From Candidatus Scalindua sp. (GTDB lineage: Bacteria > Planctomycetota > Brocadiia > Brocadiales > Scalinduaceae), in the NCBI GenBank assembly GCA_031316235.1, contig JALDRA010000001.1, positions 2,430,001-2,462,000 of the forward strand: a stretch of DNA of 32,000 nt, read 5' to 3'. Positions 25,391-32,000 of the stretch are shown here, in pieces. Both the position numbers and the translations under genes were made by a program. How positions within the stretch are numbered: the stretch's first letter is position 1; each line of letters opens with the position of its first letter. A model generated the notes under the pieces. It made no database searches and was not told the DNA's origin. It was given only the letters and a program-made list of their open reading frames with translations.

Positions 25391-28300
25391 TCAAAACTTT
25401 CCTTTGGAAGCAGAATGCGTATCCCCTGCATATTGTATCCATGAGTATAAGTTAAGTCGTTCCATATTGTCTATCGTAGAACAATTCGTCTCTACCAACC
25501 CCTGGGAACCAACCACAATGGCAAGAGACTGAGCCCTTGAGACCGCAACATTCAGCCGGTTCCTGTCTAATATAAACTCCATACCGCGACTGCCAAATTC
25601 TCCGGGGCTGGCACACATGGATATGATAACGATAGGTGCCTCCTGGCCCTGAAACTTATCCACTGACGCGACTCTTGCACCGTTCGGAAGTGCCTGGGTC
25701 AGTTTGCGTACCTGCAGGTTGTATGGGGTAACGAAAAGTATATCACGCTCGATTTTCACCTGACCCTGCAATTTCCCCGCACTATCCGTCATCTTGCGAC
25801 CGGTCAATTCATTGACAATTCGACAAATAACCGCAACTTCTTCATCACTGCCCTGTACGTTACCTTCATGTTCAACTCCTATAAAGAGCAGACCGGCTTC
25901 AACAGTAACGATGGTACCTCCAACGCGGGGTATTTTGATAATCCTGTTCTGTGTATGAGGCTTCGGCCTGAGCCTGCTTTCATACATTGCATGAGAGATA
26001 AAACTGCAGATCTCAGGATGCATACGCCAGGTGGTTTCAAGAAATATACCCTGTTCCGGAGGTATTGTCGCATGTTTTTGAAGGTAATATTCAAGTATCG
26101 ACTGACCACTTTCACCAGGGTGAACACCCTGTACCGGTTGCCCCAACTGCATCTGGTCACCCAGCAGGATGATGTTTTCTGTTGATCTGGACATCCCCGC
26201 AAGATTTGCAACAGAGACCTGTCCTGCTTCATCAACAAACAGATAATCAAGCTTCTCTATCATATCATCACGGGAGAAGAACCAGGCAGTCCCCCCGACC
26301 AGACCACTACGGTATGTTGCGGAAGCATTACGAGAGTCTTTTACGCGTTTTATGTAAGAGAAGTCCTCAAACAATGGATCATCTTCACCTCCCACCTTGA
26401 TACCGGTAAATTCTGCGGTCGAATGCTTACAGGCTGCACGCATCAAATTAAGAATTGCCTTGTGACTGTTAGATGTAATACCTACGTTCTTACCCCTGGA
26501 CAAAAGTGCGGCAATCATGAGCGCTGCCGTATAGGTCTTTCCTGTACCCGGCGGGCCCTGTATACAGAGGCAGCTGTTGTTTAGATCCTCAGCTATCCGT
26601 ATTGCTGCTTCGGTAGTACCTTCATTTTTCCCGACAAGGGGCCCTTCTGCACCCGATTTAAGACGGGGCGGTCTTCGGTAGAGGAAATCAGCCAGTGCGT
26701 CAGGGAGTTTTCCTGTTTCATGGTAGGTTTTTACCACTGAGAAAACAGCGTTTGTGATGACATCCGCATTAATCCATTCAAAAGGAATGATTGATGTACG
26801 TCCCGGCAGGCTTTCCATTTCGAGCTTATTCAGCTGTTGCCGGCCTATCTTTATCTCCAGTTCTCCTTCAGGGCTGAAGCCCGATACCGTAGCGGTAACA
26901 CCCCTGTCCGGCACAAACTTAACTGTCGCACCTTCAGCTATTTTCGTCTCCTGTTCCGGGTCAAACTGGTAGCGAAACATCAGGGATCTCTTTTCCTCTC
27001 CTGGAGCACCAACAAGCCTGATACCCGCAAGGCAATCCATATCGTCAAACAATTCGTGCTCTGTTTTATCGAAACGCTCAAACATCTCCCACCACATCGT
27101 TTTCTCACAGCGACGGTGAAAATCGAGTAACCATGCCAGAAGTTCATGAATACGCCAATGTTCAGCACCTTTCTCATGTTTCCGGGTGGCATCCGGTATC
27201 TCTCCAAGAAGTGTATCAGCCAATTGCTGTCGTTCAAGCACTCTTTCACTGACCGTGTGCACTTCACCGCTATCTTCCACTGGGACCGTTTCAGACCAGG
27301 AGATACCGGATTCTGATTGTTTATCTCTCAACCACTTAGTCAGTAACCAGGTAGAACGACAGTCATCTTTATTATAATTACGGATAGAGGTCAGAAAATT
27401 CGATTTCTTCCACTCCTTTGGCTGGCCACTCTCGATCCACGCATCATAATAGACAATCGAGGCCCCGGCATCTACTACATTGCCCTCTCGTTTCTCCATA
27501 TAAAGGTGCTCAAGATTTTTTATGGAGTAACGAGGCTCGCCAACACGCACACCGTTGCGGACTATTTTGTAAAGGTCTATAAAAACATTATTCCTCAGGA
27601 GTTTGTCGACAGATTCTTCTCTCGTCCCGTATTTACTCATCAAACGTTTTAATGCCGTCTGTTCATATGAAGCATAGTGATACACATGCATGGATGGATC
27701 TCTCTCCCGGCGCTCTATCACCCAATCGACAAATGCTCCAAAGGCCTCTTTTTCCTCTCTTTCATCATGTGCCCACCAGTCAATAAACAGAGGGGAACCA
27801 TTTTTTATGTATACTGCGCCGAAAAGATATTCCAGACAATCATCCCCAAGCGGATAACCTTCCATATCGAAAAAGATATCCATTGGTGATTCATGCGGTA
27901 ATGCTGCAAGGCCGAGAGAGGGGTTTTCCTGCGGAGGGAGTAGTACCTTATAGACAGGCTTTTCCCGGGTAGCTGAAATAACCTGGAGATTTGCCTGTTC
28001 CTTGAGACGTGCAAGCACATCATCCTCTATTTTTTTGACACGGGTAACCTTTGTCTTTGCAAGCTGGGTCATCGTGTCTATTCCCGCCCTGTTCAATTTG
28101 AGTATCTGGCCTTTCGAAATGTTTGCAACCTGTGCCAGGTGGTCTGTATCAATAAGGATCTTTTCAGCATGAGAAGCCCAGGACCCGTGGTGAGCCGAAG
28201 GGTCAGGCATGGGTGAGTTCTGGAGAGAGAAGCTCTCCATGAAACGGAGGAATCTCGTTTTTATCCGTTTATAGTAATAGTAGAAGTCTGTTACCCTGAA

Positions 28301-28843
28301 TGTGCACGTATCTCCCGTACCCAGTATAATGCCGATGGTTTCCGGTCTCTGTGTCGTCATCTCCTCAAGCATATCTGCATAGCAACAGAGCTGGAGTAAA
28401 AAGTATGGCTTTACCTGGCGTGCGAGCTTGGTATCCCAGACAGAATATGAAATGATAGTGTTTCCGGAGTCTTCCCGCTTGATAAAATCAGCGTATCCAG
28501 CCATCCCGGAGCCCTTCAGTCTTGCCTGACAGATAAACTGGTGTCCTTTTTCAAGGGCCTTCAGGGTCTGCTCAAAGGCGTTGTCATGGAGCATTTGTTC
28601 CTGCTTGTTTTCAGTACTGATGATGCAGATATCGTAGCCCTCTGCAAGCAGTTTTTCTTGATATCTTTTTTCATGTTCGTAACCCTTTTTCCGGAGTATC
28701 TCTAGTTGTGGATCATCCTCATCGGGTTGAACAGAGCCTGGTTCCTCAAGATATTTCCGCTGCATCCAGCTTGCAAATGGTGATGCTGCAAATTGAATCA
28801 GGTCTGAAGGTGAATAAATGAGGGTATTATTGTCGTAATACAT
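25391..28843 (-). CDS. RecB-like PD-(D/E)xK nuclease / RNase-H-like / SF1 (Upf1/DNA2-like) helicase fusion
   Basis: The N-terminus has GYADFIKRE...VWDTKLA (D...DxK), then an HhH-like ISKGQILKLNRAGIDTMTQLA and IFFDMEGYPL. Helicase motifs: GPPGTGKT, LFVDEAGQ, VDKFQGQEAPIVIISM, RLNVAVSRAQ. 1150 aa. Confidence 0.8.
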   Translation of the reverse strand: MYYDNNTLIYSPSDLIQFAASPFASWMQRKYLEEPGSVQPDEDDPQLEILRKKGYEHEKRYQEKLLAEGYDICIISTENKQEQMLHDNAFEQTLKALEKGHQFICQARLKGSGMAGYADFIKREDSGNTIISYSVWDTKLARQVKPYFLLQLCCYADMLEEMTTQRPETIGIILGTGDTCTFRVTDFYYYYKRIKTRFLRFMESFSLQNSPMPDPSAHHGSWASHAEKILIDTDHLAQVANISKGQILKLNRAGIDTMTQLAKTKVTRVKKIEDDVLARLKEQANLQVISATREKPVYKVLLPPQENPSLGLAALPHESPMDIFFDMEGYPLGDDCLEYLFGAVYIKNGSPLFIDWWAHDEREEKEAFGAFVDWVIERRERDPSMHVYHYASYEQTALKRLMSKYGTREESVDKLLRNNVFIDLYKIVRNGVRVGEPRYSIKNLEHLYMEKREGNVVDAGASIVYYDAWIESGQPKEWKKSNFLTSIRNYNKDDCRSTWLLTKWLRDKQSESGISWSETVPVEDSGEVHTVSERVLERQQLADTLLGEIPDATRKHEKGAEHWRIHELLAWLLDFHRRCEKTMWWEMFERFDKTEHELFDDMDCLAGIRLVGAPGEEKRSLMFRYQFDPEQETKIAEGATVKFVPDRGVTATVSGFSPEGELEIKIGRQQLNKLEMESLPGRTSIIPFEWINADVITNAVFSVVKTYHETGKLPDALADFLYRRPPRLKSGAEGPLVGKNEGTTEAAIRIAEDLNNSCLCIQGPPGTGKTYTAALMIAALLSRGKNVGITSNSHKAILNLMRAACKHSTAEFTGIKVGGEDDPLFEDFSYIKRVKDSRNASATYRSGLVGGTAWFFSRDDMIEKLDYLFVDEAGQVSVANLAGMSRSTENIILLGDQMQLGQPVQGVHPGESGQSILEYYLQKHATIPPEQGIFLETTWRMHPEICSFISHAMYESRLRPKPHTQNRIIKIPRVGGTIVTVEAGLLFIGVEHEGNVQGSDEEVAVICRIVNELTGRKMTDSAGKLQGQVKIERDILFVTPYNLQVRKLTQALPNGARVASVDKFQGQEAPIVIISMCASPGEFGSRGMEFILDRNRLNVAVSRAQSLAIVVGSQGLVETNCSTIDNMERLNLYSWIQYAGDTHSASKGKF

Positions 28844-28950
28844 GATAACTGTTCAGCGTAATATTTCCACTTTATTGAAATCAGGAATTCCTTCAATGAA
28901 AAGTACTGTCAATGCATGGATAGAGGTCTTTAAATTCTTTTTTGCGGTTG

Positions 28951-29094
28951 ATATACTAAAAGCGATCTGGTTTTAGATTTTTCTAAAAACCAAAACCTGT
29001 TTGCTGATATCCCCGGACAAAAAGCGCCGAGGACTTTCCCCGCTCCGTTTTTTTCGCGGATTTTATCCGAAAACCATTATAAGATGAGTATTAT
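28951..29094 (-). mobile_element. MITE-like element, copy C (long class, 144 bp)
   Basis: Its reverse complement aligns with copy E, including the extra ~28-nt internal block (…aaagtcctcggcgctttttgtccggggata…). Confidence 0.8.
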
Positions 29095-29172
29095 AGTATT
29101 TATTGTCAACTGAAAACACCTATCATAATAGCTTTTCAATTACATTACCACGCTATTATACTAATACGCTTC

Positions 29173-29629
29173 TTGTTCGAAGTTTTTTGTCCTCACAATG
29201 CATTTTGCGGCATTTGGAAATTTTATCGGTACCTGTGGAGTCCTCCATCAGCATTTAAACGTAACGGTGAGCTTGTACCTTTGTCCTCAGAGGCAAAATC
29301 TCAATACCATCAGATGGGTTCCTGGATTTTCAGCCTTCAGACACAGATCCTCTCAGGCAAAAAGTACTTTTTTTGCACTATTTTTTACGTTACTATACTA
29401 CTCTTTGCATTACAATGCGACCTTCCCGCTGTTTTCAAAAATATCTGTCAGGGGGGATGATATATCGCAGTTCTATAAATTTCTCACAGAAAAGGAAACA
29501 AATCCACGATTTTCTGGTACAATAAAATGGAATTTTACAAAATTTCTTCCGGATTGTGAGGGCAATATTGTTGATCCCTTTACCCCAATAACCAGACCTG
29601 ACAGTAAAAAAAATGACAAAGAGGATTGA
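29173..29629 (+). pseudogene. glutathione peroxidase remnant (frameshifted, active-site region missing)
   Basis: The C-terminal 60 aa are well conserved (YNATFPLFSKISVRGDDISQFYKFL...GTIKWNFTKFL). The upstream part is in another frame and degenerate (NGELVPLSSEAK-SQYHQM-GSWIFSLQTQ). It has no VNVASxCG(U/C) segment. Confidence 0.6.
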
Positions 29630-29640
29630 GCAGATAGCAG

Positions 29641-29755
29641 GTATACTCATCTCATACTGGATTTCGGATAAGATCCGAGATAAAATTGAGCGAGTATACC
29701 TTCACCAAGCTTTGGTTTTTTAAAAAGCCAAAAACCAAATCGGTTTCAGTATATA
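29641..29755 (+). mobile_element. MITE-like element, copy D (short class, 115 bp)
   Basis: gtatactcatctcatactggatttcggataagatccgag…ccaaaaaccaaatcggtttcagtatata. It ends 15 nt before the cytochrome gene ATG. Confidence 0.8.
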
Positions 29756-29770
29756 GAGTAAAAAGGAAAA

Positions 29771-30511
29771 ATGTGTATGAGATGTGCATCACTATCAGGA
29801 GCAGTATTTCTTGTGTGTCTGTTTCTTTCTCAATCACCTGCACAGGAAACGGGAACAGCTGTCCAGTTCAAGAAAGGGAAATTTTTATATGAAAGTAAAT
29901 GTTCAAAATGCCATACGCTCGGACGTGTTTTTACGGATCCCAAGACTCATGATGAGTGGAGGTCCTGCGTTACCCGAATGAGGGAGAAGAGCCCGATGTG
30001 GATTACGGATGAAGAGGGGGAACAGATAATCGGAGAGATCTTGCATACGGGAGAGGGTGTCGTTGGTGAATTTCCTCAGAAGAAAAAGTATGATGATGCC
30101 AAATTGCTTCTCATCGACAGGTGTACTGAGTGCCATTCTCTCAACAGGATACTTATTGCAAGAAAAACAAGGGGGGAATGGGCACAAACGGTGTTGAAGA
30201 TGCGTAAAAAGTCACCAGAGTCATTTCTTGATGAAGACATACCCCTCCTCACTGATTTTCTTGGTGAGAGAAGTGATATGTTGCGAGATGATCATGCGGC
30301 TGAGATAATGGTGACCAAATGCCTGGTCTGTCATGACGCGGCGAGGATACTTCTCGAACGTAAATCGAGAACAGAATGGGAAAAGACCGTCAGTGATATG
30401 CAGGTCTATGCCAGGAAAACATTTCTGGAAGACTGGTTTATGTCAAGTGAATTTACCCTGATTGTTGACTTGCTTGAGAAGACACAGGGGGTTGAATCGG
30501 ATGGATGGTAA
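29771..30511 (+). CDS. secreted tri-haem cytochrome c with three tandem ~70-aa haem domains
   Basis: Signal peptide MCMRCASLSGAVFLVCLFLSQSPAQE. Three repeats of CxxCH...R...(T/S)xxEW...V..M (CSKCH, CTECH, CLVCH). The haem-domain type resembles the quinohaemoprotein amine dehydrogenase haem-binding domain. Confidence 0.8.
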   Translation: MCMRCASLSGAVFLVCLFLSQSPAQETGTAVQFKKGKFLYESKCSKCHTLGRVFTDPKTHDEWRSCVTRMREKSPMWITDEEGEQIIGEILHTGEGVVGEFPQKKKYDDAKLLLIDRCTECHSLNRILIARKTRGEWAQTVLKMRKKSPESFLDEDIPLLTDFLGERSDMLRDDHAAEIMVTKCLVCHDAARILLERKSRTEWEKTVSDMQVYARKTFLEDWFMSSEFTLIVDLLEKTQGVESDGW

Positions 30512-30622
30512 TCCCTGAAAACTTTTTTCAGATGAGTGTATCTTCCGTCTATGCCCGCCTGTGCGATACACGTAGACAGGTGCGCTAACCCGCAGCGAAC
30601 GCTCTAGAAAGGAGAGATTTTA

Positions 30623-30838
30623 ATGAATACGTGCAGTTTGTCTGATTTTATGGAAATTCTTAAGCCCTGGCTTTCACGTGATTATCTTCAGAAAGCCTCC
30701 CTGGATAAAGAGGGTCGTTTAATAGTGCTCTTCACGGACGGTATACAGAATGTATACCACATTAAAGATTGTACGGCTGATCAATTAAAGGAGATTCTTG
30801 ATGATTTTAAAAAGAGAGGTATCGAGGTTGAAGAGTAA
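30623..30838 (+). CDS. small hypothetical protein (71 aa)
   Basis: Good SD (aaaggagag) 6 nt before the ATG. No family recognised. Its stop abuts MITE copy E. Confidence 0.5.
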   Translation: MNTCSLSDFMEILKPWLSRDYLQKASLDKEGRLIVLFTDGIQNVYHIKDCTADQLKEILDDFKKRGIEVEE

Positions 30839-30980
30839 TATACTCATCTCATACTGGATTTCGTATAAAATCCGAGAAAAAAACGGAGCGAGTAAAGTCC
30901 TTGGCGCTTTTTGTCCGGGGATACCTTCACCAGGATTTGGTTTCCGGTAAAACCGAAAACCAAATCGGTTTTAGTATATA
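30838..30980 (+). mobile_element. MITE-like element, copy E (long class, 143 bp)
   Basis: atatactcatctcatactggatttcgtataaaatccgag…aaaaccgaaaaccaaatcggttttagtatata. It shares the internal block with copy C. Confidence 0.8.
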
Positions 30981-31201
30981 CTCTCCACTCCGGCTTTATC
31001 TGCTGAAGCGGCAAGGTCTTAAGCGGCAGCTTTATCAATCCTGGAGAATTCGCTCTTTTAAGAGGAATCATTCCCTTGAGAGTATGCGGGGGTGGGGGCG
31101 TGGGTAGAGCCATATATAATTTTTCTCCCTGTTTTTTTTATTACGGGGTTCCTGTTCAAGCACTAATTACGATAATCTGTAAAGAGTAGGGGCGTTTATT
31201 C

Positions 31202-32000
31202 ATGGAAGGTGATGATCTTTCAAAGCTTCGTATTGAGAGGACAACATATCAGGCACAGCATAAGAATCGGAAAAGATTTTTGAGCATACTTATCGTATCA
31301 GCAGTTTTTGCTGGTGGCGGCATTTTCTATGCAGCTGGTATCTTGACACCTGCAATAAAGGTGAAGGTCACCAGTCTGACAACTATCTATCCTTCACAGA
31401 CATTTACCCTTATGAATGCCAGCGGATATGTTGAGGCCCAGCGAAAGTCTGCTCTTTCCTCAAAGATCACGAGCTGGCTCGTAGAGCTGTTCGTGGAAGA
31501 GGGAAATATTGTGAAAAAGGGAGAGATAATTGCAACCCTGGAAAACGGGGATATTCTCACTGCCCTTGATAAGGCAAAAGCAAATATTGAAGTAGCCCGT
31601 TTTGAGCGGGAACTCGCCGATGCAGAGCTTGTCGAAGCTACTCTTGCCTTTAATCGAACCAGAGAGTTATTAGAGGAGAAGGTTGTCTCTTTATCAGAAT
31701 TTGATGTTGCTGAGGCAAGGTATAAAACCGCTTTTGCGGCTGTATCTGCCAAGCAGGCAGTTTCAAAGGCTGTGGAAGCCGCATTAAAAGAGGTTGAGGT
31801 GAGTCTTGAATATACGTTTATCCGGGCACCATTTGATGCAGTTGTACTTACGAAAAATGCAGATATCGGCGACATTATAACACCACTGGGGGCAGCGGCC
31901 AACGTTCGTGCCTCGGTAGTAACCATAGCAGATATGGATTCTCTCCTGGTTGAGGTTGACGTTTCAGAATCCAACATAGAACAGGTCAAGACGGGGCAGC
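31202..32000 (+). CDS. efflux membrane-fusion protein (HlyD/MacA-type periplasmic adaptor), 3' end cut by window edge
   Basis: ATG at 31202, open to the window end. It has an N-terminal TM (FLSILIVSAVFAGGGIFYAAG), a lipoyl-like VEEGNIVKKGEIIATLE, a coiled coil, and LEYTFIRAPFDAVV. It is absent from the ORF track because no stop lies in the window. Confidence 0.85.
   Translation, partial: MEGDDLSKLRIERTTYQAQHKNRKRFLSILIVSAVFAGGGIFYAAGILTPAIKVKVTSLTTIYPSQTFTLMNASGYVEAQRKSALSSKITSWLVELFVEEGNIVKKGEIIATLENGDILTALDKAKANIEVARFERELADAELVEATLAFNRTRELLEEKVVSLSEFDVAEARYKTAFAAVSAKQAVSKAVEAALKEVEVSLEYTFIRAPFDAVVLTKNADIGDIITPLGAAANVRASVVTIADMDSLLVEVDVSESNIEQVKTGQ

Noticed and set aside
31387-31989. 200-aa minus-strand ORF rich in Ser/Thr/Ala
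   Set aside because: It is the antisense shadow of a clearly recognisable plus-strand membrane-fusion-protein gene (31202 to the window end). That gene is missing from the track only because it lacks a stop in the window. The ORF has low-complexity composition and no motifs.

Overview
This is a 32-kb bacterial chromosomal window with about 25 supportable genes. I could not run any searches, so all family calls rest on motifs read by eye.

Housekeeping and metabolic genes:
- mitochondrial-type aconitase (5' partial)
- ADP-forming acetyl-CoA synthetase
- YajQ
- an inositol-monophosphatase-family gene and a ROK sugar kinase
- Ogt
- a CspA-family cold-shock protein
- a 1465-aa BadF/BcrA-type activase fusion
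- an 1150-aa RecB-like nuclease / RNase-H-like / SF1 helicase fusion
- a tri-haem cytochrome c
- a partial RND/MacA-type membrane-fusion protein. It is missing from the ORF track because it runs off the 3' edge; the 200-aa minus-strand ORF there is its shadow.

The most unusual part is an accessory region at about 2.1-11.4 kb. It looks more AT-rich on spot counts: 20/60 GC in the line at 4801 against 26/60 in the line at 12001.
- It is cut into small minus-strand gene modules by five direct copies of a 26-bp lox/dif-like imperfect palindrome.
- It contains at least two hairpin sites with integron attC architecture placed exactly at gene 3' ends.
- It encodes a FimB/FimE-sized tyrosine recombinase.
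- Its cargo is an intact VapBC pair, a decayed ParE/antitoxin pair, a SEC-C-motif protein, an Rx4H (HEPN-like) protein and a membrane protein.
- I read this as a cassette-array-like recombination system that is neither a classical integron (no IntI) nor a known dif-module arrangement.

Two further repeat families are present. One is a MITE-like element with five copies in two length classes, one of which splits the ParE gene. The other is a ~140-bp long-hairpin element that abuts the stop codons of two genes.

Other oddities:
- a di-haem peroxidase-like gene with two in-frame stops and no frameshift
- an IMPase-family gene with no ATG/GTG/TTG start
- a decayed glutathione peroxidase

No rRNA, tRNA or CRISPR array was found.
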